DNA from: Spirochaetia bacterium
Lineage (GTDB): Bacteria > Spirochaetota > Spirochaetia > CAKZLE01
Assembly: GCA_963677595.1 (NCBI GenBank)
Contig: OY782041.1
Location: 480,001-544,000 of the forward strand
DNA length: 64,000 nt
Direction: 5' to 3'
Below are positions 49,228 through 58,563 of this stretch, piece by piece. Made by a program: the position numbers and the translations under genes. The notes under the pieces were generated by a model. It had not been told where the DNA came from. It searched no databases and was given only the letters and a program-made list of their open reading frames with translations. The stretch's first letter is position 1. Each line of letters opens with the position of its first letter.

Positions 49228-49682
49228 TTCGCCGTCACACCCTGCTTCTTCTCATAGGTCCTCATCCCCGCAAGCCCCAGCATCCCGGTCATAATCGGGA
49301 TCATCAAAGACAGATCGATTACCGGGAACTCAAACGTCTTTCCTGCAGCTGAAAGGACGGCAATCGCCCAGGGCCGGAGGATATAGTTATTCGCCAATGA
49401 TAGCCCGCACACCCACCCGATAAAGGGCCGCCAACCAGCCACGAACACAGATTGGTGCTGCGCTTCAGCAAGATTGATCTCGAGCTGCGTATGCTTCTGC
49501 AGATTCTCAGCTTCCAGGGCAATCTTCTCAAGCTCAGCCTTCTTCTCCGGGCTCATCTCTCCCGTGATTGCGGACCTGATCCCGGTCGCCAGGTTTGAGA
49601 TCCCATTGCTTACCGACTCCACCACGGTACTGGCAGCTTCAGCCGTCTCCTTCGCCCCGAAGATCTTTCCCAGCCAACTCAT
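49221..49682 (-). CDS. Holin (GTA 3TM-type family)
   Basis: EAQHQSVFVAGWRPFIGWVCG and MLGLAGMRTYEK motifs. Confidence 0.85.
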   Translation of the reverse strand: MSWLGKIFGAKETAEAASTVVESVSNGISNLATGIRSAITGEMSPEKKAELEKIALEAENLQKHTQLEINLAEAQHQSVFVAGWRPFIGWVCGLSLANNYILRPWAIAVLSAAGKTFEFPVIDLSLMIPIMTGMLGLAGMRTYEKKQGVTANH

Positions 49683-49915
49683 GAGGGATCCTTCTGCTTG
49701 TCTGCCAGCATATCAGTCCGCTTTGCTATGTTCCCCGATACAGCCTTGATCCCATACAGGGAGATGATCAGCAAGGCCAGAGGACCCAGGACCGCATTGA
49801 TCACCGCAATCGGAGTCTCACTGATCACGGCCAGGATGCAGATCGTGAAGAAGATCAGACACCCCACCATCCCCATGGTCTTCTTTGCTACTATTCGATT
49901 CATGATGTTTTTCAT
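49679..49915 (-). CDS. Small two-TM phage protein (holin-like)
   Basis: Two hydrophobic segments, SD GAGGA, ATGA overlap with the holin. Confidence 0.6.
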   Translation of the reverse strand: MKNIMNRIVAKKTMGMVGCLIFFTICILAVISETPIAVINAVLGPLALLIISLYGIKAVSGNIAKRTDMLADKQKDPS

Positions 49916-49926
49916 ACCATCCTCCC

Positions 49927-50193
49927 CTATTGTATCGCAGTCTCGTTGAGGTAACTCTTGATCTCATCCTCAACACTCGAGATGTTCCCGTTGCACTTGC
50001 CAGTCCTCACCGCATCGATTAAGCCCAGCATCCCCTTGAAGAGTAATCGGTTCTCCTGGACCCGGTCCTCTCCCCGCTTCCGCATGGTCTTCAGGTCTGC
50101 AGAGATTCTCACCATCATCGTAATCAATGCCCCGATTATTGCAGTGGTCCCCGTTGCTGCCAATGTCGTGAATAATCGAACCCAATCAATCAT
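49927..50193 (-). CDS. Small single-TM phage protein (holin/antiholin-like)
   Basis: N-terminal TM and a charged tail with CNGN; lysis-module position. Confidence 0.6.
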   Translation of the reverse strand: MIDWVRLFTTLAATGTTAIIGALITMMVRISADLKTMRKRGEDRVQENRLLFKGMLGLIDAVRTGKCNGNISSVEDEIKSYLNETAIQ

Positions 50194-50204
50194 GCTTAAT
50201 CCTC

Positions 50205-50564
50205 CTACACGTCCTCAGCATCTGAAAAATATGAGATATTTTCTTTTATATATTCATAGAGAGCAGTGATTATTGACTCTCGAGAAATTGCACCATCTAT
50301 TCTTAAAGCTGTAAGACTTGCAACCCGTGTGGCTGTATATAGCCAACAAGACCTACCCATATCTGGAAAGGATTCATCATCAAAGGAACAGTGATATAGT
50401 GTTTCCTCCTGTTGAGATGCTTCTATCGAAGCATAAGCACTAAGCCGATACTGAACACCATTTGTAGTAAAGTCTATGTTCACTTCAGACACTTTCCAGT
50501 ACGCATCAAGTACTTCGTAATATATTTTACAGTCCTCTTTACGAAGAGTCTTTTGCAATCCCAT
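50205..50564 (-). CDS. Putative tail-fibre assembly/chaperone protein
   Basis: Directly after the fibre, SD GGAGG, C-terminal LYEYIK...FSDAEDV typical of such proteins. Confidence 0.55.
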   Translation of the reverse strand: MGLQKTLRKEDCKIYYEVLDAYWKVSEVNIDFTTNGVQYRLSAYASIEASQQEETLYHCSFDDESFPDMGRSCWLYTATRVASLTALRIDGAISRESIITALYEYIKENISYFSDAEDV

Positions 50565-50573
50565 TGCAACCTC

Positions 50574-52325
50574 CTAATCTAATCTCAGCGCAAACCAATC
50601 AAAGGTAGTGGTGAACCCAGCGGTATTGTGTATATAAATTGTTGAACCCGATTGATAGCCGTGAGTCCCCCACATATCCGTGTTGTTATTGACGTTGTAC
50701 GCCTGGTGAACTCTCCAAGTCCCTGATACTCCGGTAGCGACTGCAACTCTACTGTTTGCTGATATGGTTACCGATCCATATTTAACCCCTGGACCTCGTA
50801 TAGAGTTTAGATACGTCCACAATCCTGCTATGTTCCCATTATTTAAGGGTAAAAGTTCGTTTGTATCAAACCGGATATTCTGCCCATTATCAGGGCCAAT
50901 CTGGAAAGCATGGTCTACACTGGTTTCAGAAGCATCCTGAGTATTGGTTAAGCGTTGTTTAGTAAGTTCAAGAACTCCATTTGACGCTTTCAAATACTCT
51001 GTACCAATGTTATTTTTTATAGAAAGTCCATACATAGACCCTTGAGTGAATGACCAAGTGTCGGTAGTAGAATGGCCTAGCTCATTCCCAAACGAGATTT
51101 TTACATTATTACCTAGGTCATAGGAGGTCCCAGCCGTGATTGCGGTAGGAGAACTCCATGTCCCACCTACCAATCTCCATTGAAAATATTCTACTGGTTT
51201 GGAGGTTTTCCTCATCGGTCTTGCTCGTCTGTCTAGTCCAATACTAGCCCATGTATAACTTCCATCTGACATATCTACTTGATACCAAGTTCTATCGTCA
51301 TCGTTATAATACTGATAAGCCCAATATAAGTTTTCCCTTAAGCTTAATGCCGTCTTTTGTGGGTACATCGCAAGCACTTGTTGAAGATTACCTAAAAACC
51401 AATCCGAGAAACCACCTTGTGAATAGGCGTTACAAGCATCACGCGCCTCCCATGCATTATAGTAATAATTATCTGGATAACTCCCGTTATCCCAATATGG
51501 TGAAGCCGCTTCTAAGTACCTGTAACCATCATCCCAATTGCCTTTATCATAAAAAACGGTTCCACCAGCTTCCCCGATGCCTCCGACAGAATATGGCGCA
51601 GACACTTGCCCTGTTGAAATCTTTACTTCATACGATGCCTCAATTGTTCCATCTTGGGTAATTTGTAAATCATTTAGTCCAGAGCCAGTGTAATGTATAG
51701 AGGTAATACCTGCATCTTCCTTGACGGCGACTCTTGCACTATCAGAGGCCCCATTACCAGACCTGAAGGTGCCAATGAATTCTCCATCTTTTGCTTTGAA
51801 GATTCCATTACCTCCAAGAAAGAATCCCTTACCATCAGCGGGAGGATTCCCATTTTCATCATATCCAGAATACACCACCCCATTGCCTGTTATTCGGATC
51901 TTCGTTGCTATGAGATATAGAAAATATGGAATCCAATAGAATACACTTGGATCAACAATTTCCGCATCATATGTAGGGGAAGTCTGATTATAGGCATGCC
52001 CAATGTATTGCCTGGTTCCTGGGATATCGCTTAAGTTGCTTCCATCTGCATCATCGGCATAGGCGACCCACATATAATGAGAAATGCCATCAATACCATC
52101 TGTTCCATCGGTACCAGTTGGGCCCTGTGGTCCAGTGGCCCCTTGAGGGCCTTGGGCTCCCGTGGCGCCGGTTTCTCCTTGTGGCCCTGTTGCACCGGTT
52201 TCCCCTTGGACACCTTGAGCTCCTTGAGGACCCGTAGCGCCTGTTTCTCCTTGGATACCTTGTGGCCCCTGCTCACCATCTGAGACATCTATGATTGTGA
52301 TCTGGTTCTTGGTAATCAGGCTCAT
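50574..52325 (-). CDS. Tail fibre/receptor-binding protein with collagen repeat and DUF1566/C-type-lectin-like domain
   Basis: 22 Gly-X-Y triplets; [10 protein letters not shown] module; GGTVFYDKG...RYLEAA...GGFSDWFL...RARPMR domain. Confidence 0.8.
   Translation of the reverse strand: MSLITKNQITIIDVSDGEQGPQGIQGETGATGPQGAQGVQGETGATGPQGETGATGAQGPQGATGPQGPTGTDGTDGIDGISHYMWVAYADDADGSNLSDIPGTRQYIGHAYNQTSPTYDAEIVDPSVFYWIPYFLYLIATKIRITGNGVVYSGYDENGNPPADGKGFFLGGNGIFKAKDGEFIGTFRSGNGASDSARVAVKEDAGITSIHYTGSGLNDLQITQDGTIEASYEVKISTGQVSAPYSVGGIGEAGGTVFYDKGNWDDGYRYLEAASPYWDNGSYPDNYYYNAWEARDACNAYSQGGFSDWFLGNLQQVLAMYPQKTALSLRENLYWAYQYYNDDDRTWYQVDMSDGSYTWASIGLDRRARPMRKTSKPVEYFQWRLVGGTWSSPTAITAGTSYDLGNNVKISFGNELGHSTTDTWSFTQGSMYGLSIKNNIGTEYLKASNGVLELTKQRLTNTQDASETSVDHAFQIGPDNGQNIRFDTNELLPLNNGNIAGLWTYLNSIRGPGVKYGSVTISANSRVAVATGVSGTWRVHQAYNVNNNTDMWGTHGYQSGSTIYIHNTAGFTTTFDWFALRLD
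52080..52277 (-). repeat. Collagen-like (Gly-X-Y)22 coding repeat
   Basis: [18 protein letters not shown]...[12 protein letters not shown]. Confidence 0.95.
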
Positions 52326-52335
52326 ACTACTCCTC

Positions 52336-53382
52336 TTAACTTACCGAGCAGGTAATGGTGGATTTCACATCCACGTCAGTTGTCCCAACTGAGATGCTTT
52401 TCCCGGTTTTGGAAGCCGAAGCATCCGCAAAGGTCCGGGCATTCCCGTCCTTGTTCGTGATCGTCCAGGTATAGGTGTACCCAGCCCCCCCGGCGTCGAT
52501 CTCTGCCCCATTCTGGTACAACTTTGCCGTCAGGGTGGTAGTCCCTACCCCATTCTTGAAGACCGTCCCGGCTGAGGATTCAATGACAACCTGGATCGGG
52601 TCGGTCATGTCGGTGAAGGCAATCACGTCATAGAAAGAATCCCCGTTGGTAGGACTTGCCGCATCGTTGTCAGTGATCTTCACCTTGAACTGCTGCAGCC
52701 CGTCAACCATTGCCGGAGTGATGGCCAGGGTATTGCTCGTCTGCCCTGCCATGAGATCCCAATCAGCGCCGGCCCCCTCATCCGCATTCCCGGGAGCATA
52801 CTTGAACCACTGGTATGAAAGCAGCGTGGTGTCCAGGGTTGCCCCTCGGTAGAGCTCGGCCTTTGCTGAAAGGGAAGTAGGTTCACTGTTCTTGAAGACA
52901 TTCCCGTTCGGCGCATGAACTGCAGCCACGGCAATATTATTCCCGTCGATCACCTTCGAGAGGTTGATACTGACCTTGTAGGTAAGATCCAACCCGGTAG
53001 CTGCATCATGGTAGATGATCGTACAGAGGTACTCGATCGCACTCAGAGAACCAGTCAGCTTATTAGCTGAGACGGTGAGAATATGACTCTTTGCCCCCGA
53101 TACGGCTTCCCCGGACGTGAGCGCCGAGAATGAACTTTGATCAGAGGGTTTGCGCTGCCAGGCAACTGACTGCACCGCTGAATCCGTGATCTTATCGGTC
53201 CCGCTTCCCAGGATGAAGAGACTGGGAGTGAGCACCAAAGAGGTACTTCCCCAGTCTGGGGTAAACGTCCCGGTATCCGCTGAATACCGCTGAGTTTTCG
53301 GTAAGTTCGATGTGATGAACCCGGTGAGGGTCAACGCATCGTTATAATCCATAATCGTAATCTGTCCAACTGAAGCAGCCAT
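52336..53382 (-). CDS. Tail structural protein made of three Ig-like repeats
   Basis: Repeated G.VFKN...L.A.LY.G...Y.W...TL.I pattern; beta-rich. Confidence 0.7.
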   Translation of the reverse strand: MAASVGQITIMDYNDALTLTGFITSNLPKTQRYSADTGTFTPDWGSTSLVLTPSLFILGSGTDKITDSAVQSVAWQRKPSDQSSFSALTSGEAVSGAKSHILTVSANKLTGSLSAIEYLCTIIYHDAATGLDLTYKVSINLSKVIDGNNIAVAAVHAPNGNVFKNSEPTSLSAKAELYRGATLDTTLLSYQWFKYAPGNADEGAGADWDLMAGQTSNTLAITPAMVDGLQQFKVKITDNDAASPTNGDSFYDVIAFTDMTDPIQVVIESSAGTVFKNGVGTTTLTAKLYQNGAEIDAGGAGYTYTWTITNKDGNARTFADASASKTGKSISVGTTDVDVKSTITCSVS

Positions 53383-53394
53383 AGTATTTTCCTC

Positions 53395-55377
53395 CTATAT
53401 GAGCTCGCAAAAGAATGTCGCTCGTTTCTCGACATCACTGTCCGTTATCTGAATACTCTTCCCCCCGGTGGAGTAATGAGCCGAATTCCATACCGCATCA
53501 CTTTGCGTATCCCCTGATGTCCTCGACCACCGAAACCGTGAAGGGAGATACTGGTCCGTGATATCCTGCCCGCTCTGGAAGATGTGAGCTTCCAGGGTGG
53601 TATCCGTCAGTGCCGGCCGAAAGATATCCCCATTCGTTGAGAGGATCTGCAGCTGTACCGCCGGCTCCCCCTGAGGCCCTTCATACAGTGACCATGTGTA
53701 TTCAGCAGGATCCTCACTTGGTATTGAAGATTCTTTATTGTAGGCAATGCCTAAATAGGGCTTACCGGCAGGATTTTCACTCATCCCCGATCCATTCGCA
53801 TCATCAGCATACCTGATCCAGTTATAGAAACTTCTGGCAGAATCTATACCGGCAGGGGTCTCCTTCATCACGACAAAAGGGGTTCCTGCAGGGATGAACT
53901 CAGTTGTTTCCGTACATACAAGATGGGTGATCATACCGGCCAGGGTTTTTCCCTGTAAGCTATGGTCATAGGTGTCAATCACACAGGGAACAGGATCCTT
54001 ACCGGGAAGTTGCACCACTATCCGTGCTTTCCTTTGCAATTGCGGTAAAAACGAGGTGGCAAACGAGAACTGCCGCACTCGGTCTTTGCCTTCAGTCACC
54101 TTGAGAGAGAGCACCTGGTTGATCTGATCGGGAGAGGCAGCATACTTCCCTTCAATCTCTTCGTCTACATACAGTACTTCATCAGTTACTACCGGATCAG
54201 AGAATTCTACTTCCTGCTCTTTCGTCTGACGGTACGGAACCCCGCGAATCGTGAGTTTCCGTATTCGACAGACAGACGCCCCCGTATTCTGTAGAATAAT
54301 CTCGGAACAGGTTGGCAGTTGCCGGGTATACGCATTTGACCCATTGCAGGAAACCAGGGTTAGGGCACCTCCCTCATATACGATCTCTGCAGTACTGCTG
54401 CCATTTGAGAGGGAAGGAACCTGCACTGATGATGCATAAGGATACGCTTCACCTGTGGAGGGATCCTTATACTTCAGCTGCGCTTTATCTGCCGCTGCAG
54501 GACCTGGCCAGTATGCTCCTGGCTGCAACTCGATAAGGCATTGATCCAGTTCCTGATTGTAATTATCCGTGTTTTTATAGATGATCCGTTCAGACAATTC
54601 CTCAAACACGGCAATCGTACTTTTTGCCCGATTACAGGTAACTGCCCGATACGAGATCTCAACCGGCCCAATGATTCGGGATGCATTCCCCGAGATCGCC
54701 ACTGTAGGGTTACCTTGGAAGAGCCATTCAGATACCGGTTCCTGAAAGTTCTCTTCCAGCGGGGACCTAAATCGGAGTCTCCCAAGATGATCAAAATAGC
54801 AATCAGCATGGTAAGCTTCTGCAAGTAGCTGTAGTTCCTTCCAAATAGTTTTCGAGCCAATCTGCACCACCGGAAGCGTGTAGGGAATCTTCACGGTATC
54901 AAGTGAGGTAATCCCCATCTTTGCAGCAAGGATATGGATGATGGAACTTGCAGGATTACTCGGGTTGCTGATCATGCAATTCACCATGAGCACATCAGAG
55001 GGCTTGCGCTTTGTCCCCTTTCTACTTGTGGGGTCTACCAATTCAAGGGAGACCTGATCATTGGTACGTAATCCTACCGTACGTTTACACCCATCATCCG
55101 ATACATACCCAGTCCAGATACGATAGAAAGACAACCCATCAATGGAGCATTCAATTGCTGCAGAATATCCGGCAAACATACCCTCTTCAAATGCACCTCG
55201 ATTCTTCATTGAAATATGCCATTTCTGGTATTCACCAGCAGCAGTGCAGGAAAAATTCACCGGGTATAGCTCGAAGTTCTGATCATCGAGATCAAGGATG
55301 ACCTTCAGATAGCGCGCTATGCTGGGTTCTTTCAGGGCATCCCGAATAGCCTCTGGCAGAGGTATCATGTATCCCAT
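53395..55377 (-). CDS. Tail tip/baseplate hub-like protein with C-terminal Ig-like domain
   Basis: Follows the tape measure; ELQLLAEAY..CYFDHLGRLRF hub motif; WIRYADDANG module. Confidence 0.7.
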   Translation of the reverse strand: MGYMIPLPEAIRDALKEPSIARYLKVILDLDDQNFELYPVNFSCTAAGEYQKWHISMKNRGAFEEGMFAGYSAAIECSIDGLSFYRIWTGYVSDDGCKRTVGLRTNDQVSLELVDPTSRKGTKRKPSDVLMVNCMISNPSNPASSIIHILAAKMGITSLDTVKIPYTLPVVQIGSKTIWKELQLLAEAYHADCYFDHLGRLRFRSPLEENFQEPVSEWLFQGNPTVAISGNASRIIGPVEISYRAVTCNRAKSTIAVFEELSERIIYKNTDNYNQELDQCLIELQPGAYWPGPAAADKAQLKYKDPSTGEAYPYASSVQVPSLSNGSSTAEIVYEGGALTLVSCNGSNAYTRQLPTCSEIILQNTGASVCRIRKLTIRGVPYRQTKEQEVEFSDPVVTDEVLYVDEEIEGKYAASPDQINQVLSLKVTEGKDRVRQFSFATSFLPQLQRKARIVVQLPGKDPVPCVIDTYDHSLQGKTLAGMITHLVCTETTEFIPAGTPFVVMKETPAGIDSARSFYNWIRYADDANGSGMSENPAGKPYLGIAYNKESSIPSEDPAEYTWSLYEGPQGEPAVQLQILSTNGDIFRPALTDTTLEAHIFQSGQDITDQYLPSRFRWSRTSGDTQSDAVWNSAHYSTGGKSIQITDSDVEKRATFFCELI

Positions 55378-55379
55378 AC

Positions 55380-57812
55380 CTATGCTACCCCTGAGATGAT
55401 CTCAACATTGCCGCCAATCCCGGCATAGGCTTTGACTGCTTTTACGACATACTCTCCAACTGCTTCCATGCCTCCATCCCCGATGACATTACCTTGGAAG
55501 TACTGGTGCACTTCAATGGTCACCTGCTGCACCGAAGTGCTTGATCCGGTACTCCCTGTAGTATTCCCAATCAATGAGGATCCCGATGCCGTTAAGGTCT
55601 CATAATTAATCGTATCGAGTCTCCCTGCATCCAGAGCCCGCTCTGCCATCCGGTACTTGATGTTCACCCCCAACCAACCCAAAACCCCATTCACTCCATC
55701 AATGAGCCCATTAACAATTTTTGCAACTCCGTTATGAATCCAGTTGAAGAGGGTGATCAGCATATTCCCGACCGGAACAATCACGGAGTTATACATCCAC
55801 AGCCAGCCCTTTGCGACAATCTCAATAATACCGCCCAGGGTCTTCAATACTGGGGCTATCACCTTTCCAATCGTCTGCCCAAGTATCCGAAGTATCCCTA
55901 CCATCGGGGCTAATACCTCATCAATAACCGGTCCCAAGATATCCATGACACCGCCGAGGATCGTTGAGATCGGGTCCATGATTGCCGTTACCGATCCCAA
56001 CCCTTTAACCAGGTCAACAATCTTTCCTCCAAATGATCCAAGGAGCTCACCAAGCCCTGATGCCGCGTTCTTCAAGATATCAAGTATCCCTGTCCCTCCG
56101 GTTCCCGGCAGCGTTCCCTTTGACTGCTGATACTTGGCCGTCTGGGTAGCTTCCTGCTGGGCCTCAGTATTGTCTTCGGTGGCTTCCGTTTGGGCAAAGC
56201 TTGCATCCATAAGCCCCTTGATATCGCCCCCAACAGCAGAGAGGGCCCCGGCAAGGTGCCCGAAAGCAGCCGTTCTCACATCCTTGGTATTCGCAGGGCC
56301 TAAGGCTGTTTGTACGTAGGTTACCAGGCTATCCTTTGCCTGGACGAAGGCGTCCTTGATACCATCTGTGACATCTTTGAATGTCGCATCATTCGATGTA
56401 GGAGCCGTGACCGGATTGATCCCCCCAATATAAGCTCGTGGAATATCATTCCCTGTATCTTCAAGCCGTGCGATCCCGCCCGAGTACGCTTCTCTTTTAC
56501 TGGCACGTAATGGGTGCTTGAGCGTCTGGGTAACATTCCAAGCTTTCTCTGAAACAATATTTATCTGATCGATAAAGAAATTGATCACCGATCGGAACAT
56601 ATCCTTGAACCCGGTCCCAATGGTCTGTCCGATGTTCCAGAAGGCTTCTCCAATCACATTGATTTTCTCGATCATGAAATTCAATCCAGAGACCACTCCT
56701 CCTTGAATAGCACCCCAGGCTTTCTGAAATCCAAACTTGATTGGCTCCCAGATCACCGCACCGAGGAGATTGATCAGGGAAGCCATATACTGCAGATATG
56801 CTTCCCCGGTAGCTTTGAACCATTCCCACATAGCTGTCCCGAGTGATTTCCAGTATTCGACGGTAAAGATCTGATCGATGAATGCCTTGATAGCCTCTAC
56901 GATCGTCGCCACATAGTCCGGGAGATTCCCGATCACCGTCACGATTCCGGTCAACACAGCTCCCATGTTCTGTGCAAATGCCTGGAACGTCTCTGAATCA
57001 CGCAGTTTCCCCAACATCGTGATCACCGACGAAAGGACCTGCTTGATTGCCGGCAGCAAGGTTTCCATGAGCTCCGCGAGCGTTATGTTGAGATTATCCC
57101 TGAAGGTTGAGATCACCCCATTCAAGGTCTGCGATTGCTTCTCAAGCATCCCGGCAAATTGGCCCTGCCCGGTAGTCAAGGATGTTAGGGCCTGATCGAC
57201 ATCAGCAAAGCCAACCTTTCCAGCAGAAACCATCTTGAAGAGTTCCTCGGTAGATACACCATACTGATCAGCAAGGGTCTGCAGGATCGGTACGCCCGCT
57301 TCAGTGATCATGTTGAGTTCTTCGAGTGAGGCTTTTCCCTTCGCATTGATCTTTCCGTAGGCCCGTACCAATGAATCAAGTTTCTGCTCATTCCCCATAG
57401 AGGCATTCCCGAGCATTTCCATCTTCTCTTTGACGGAATCTGCCCCCACCCCAAACGCCATGAGGTTCTGTGCCCCCTTGGTAATGGTCTTGAATTCAAG
57501 CGGGGTCGACGCTGAGAAGTCTCGCAGCTCCCCAATGACCTGTTGGGCTTTTTGGGCATTCCCGATCAAGACTTCAAATGAGACATCAATCTGCTCAAAG
57601 TCTGCAGCCTGGGAGATCCCTGTCTTTAATCCCTTGAAGAGAAGGACCAGTCCGCCAATCTTGGTAGCAACAGCCGCCAATGAGGAGACCATGGACTTGG
57701 ACATCGTCCCGGTTACCCCCGAGAGTTTCCCTAAGGATTTCCCGGCTGAAGCGGCAGCCTTTGAGACGTATTCTGTGCCATTTATCACCACGCTTACTTG
57801 GTTGCTTGCCAC
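55380..57812 (-). CDS. Tape measure protein
   Basis: F.VLIGNA..A, STPLEF, KASLEELNMITEAGVPI, QSQTLNG..STFRDN; Ala/Gly-rich helical. Confidence 0.92.
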   Translation of the reverse strand: MASNQVSVVINGTEYVSKAAASAGKSLGKLSGVTGTMSKSMVSSLAAVATKIGGLVLLFKGLKTGISQAADFEQIDVSFEVLIGNAQKAQQVIGELRDFSASTPLEFKTITKGAQNLMAFGVGADSVKEKMEMLGNASMGNEQKLDSLVRAYGKINAKGKASLEELNMITEAGVPILQTLADQYGVSTEELFKMVSAGKVGFADVDQALTSLTTGQGQFAGMLEKQSQTLNGVISTFRDNLNITLAELMETLLPAIKQVLSSVITMLGKLRDSETFQAFAQNMGAVLTGIVTVIGNLPDYVATIVEAIKAFIDQIFTVEYWKSLGTAMWEWFKATGEAYLQYMASLINLLGAVIWEPIKFGFQKAWGAIQGGVVSGLNFMIEKINVIGEAFWNIGQTIGTGFKDMFRSVINFFIDQINIVSEKAWNVTQTLKHPLRASKREAYSGGIARLEDTGNDIPRAYIGGINPVTAPTSNDATFKDVTDGIKDAFVQAKDSLVTYVQTALGPANTKDVRTAAFGHLAGALSAVGGDIKGLMDASFAQTEATEDNTEAQQEATQTAKYQQSKGTLPGTGGTGILDILKNAASGLGELLGSFGGKIVDLVKGLGSVTAIMDPISTILGGVMDILGPVIDEVLAPMVGILRILGQTIGKVIAPVLKTLGGIIEIVAKGWLWMYNSVIVPVGNMLITLFNWIHNGVAKIVNGLIDGVNGVLGWLGVNIKYRMAERALDAGRLDTINYETLTASGSSLIGNTTGSTGSSTSVQQVTIEVHQYFQGNVIGDGGMEAVGEYVVKAVKAYAGIGGNVEIISGVA

Positions 57813-58102
57813 TGTTGCTGTATCTCCTCATTGCGAAGCGCGTTCCATCGATTACGAATAATGTCATAGACCGCCAGATCATAGGCCGGCTGGTCTGCCA
57901 TGCCCCCATCATACTTGAATCGGGCATAGGTCCCTTCCCCATCCAACAAGCGGATGCAGTCAGCAACCCACGGCCCCCAATACTCAATGAGCTCAACCGG
58001 ATCACTGCCGTCCGGCAGCAGATCCCCGTACTCGAACTCTACTCCTTTGTAGATCCATTCGGTGACATCTCGGATTTCGGTGAGCTCGTTTCGGCTAAAG
58101 GG
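57794..58102 (-). CDS. gpT-like extension of the tail assembly chaperone (-1 frame; not in the ORF track)
   Basis: 102 open codons from slippery CCCTTTA (58102-58096) to TAA: FSRNELTEIRDVTEWIYKG...YDGGMADQPAYDLAVYDIIRNRWN... Confidence 0.8.
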   Translation of the reverse strand, partial: PFSRNELTEIRDVTEWIYKGVEFEYGDLLPDGSDPVELIEYWGPWVADCIRLLDGEGTYARFKYDGGMADQPAYDLAVYDIIRNRWNALRNEEIQQQWQATK

Positions 58103-58563
58103 CGATTATGTTCCGCAATACATCCTAAGATTTCTCCCGCAATCTCGGGGTATTCCAGGAGATCCCGCACAAAGGAATCATCCACCACCGATGAGTGCCG
58201 GGTATCGAGTTCTCCCTCACAGAAATTGTGAGAATCAATCCCGAAGGTCAACCTGGCTTTGCATAGGTCATAGGTTGCTGCGGTATCCCCATCCATAAGC
58301 GCTTCAAGTTCCTCTGCGGTGAGCAGCTCCATGATCTCCTGCTCACTCATATGCGCAAGTTCCGATCCGCGCTCCTCGGCTTTCTTGGTTACCGAAACCA
58401 GGGCTTTCCGATTGACTCCTTTCTGCAGCCGCCGCATCTCTTCATTGATCGCATCTTCCCCAGCCTTCGAGAATTTCCTCGGCTTGATCCAGTATCCTGG
58501 AAAGGTCGTTAAGATCTTCTTTCCCCCAACAACGGTTCGCCTGGCATCATCTTTCCATCCCAT
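58039..58563 (-). CDS. Tail assembly chaperone (gpG-like)
   Basis: Between tail tube and tape measure; slippery heptamer near the 3' end. Confidence 0.8.
   Translation of the reverse strand: MGWKDDARRTVVGGKKILTTFPGYWIKPRKFSKAGEDAINEEMRRLQKGVNRKALVSVTKKAEERGSELAHMSEQEIMELLTAEELEALMDGDTAATYDLCKARLTFGIDSHNFCEGELDTRHSSVVDDSFVRDLLEYPEIAGEILGCIAEHNRPLAETSSPKSEMSPNGSTKE

Noticed and set aside
48700-52325. Active diversity-generating retroelement beside the tail fibre
   Set aside because: No reverse transcriptase, Avd or template repeat in the window; YADD here lies in structural modules, not an RT active site
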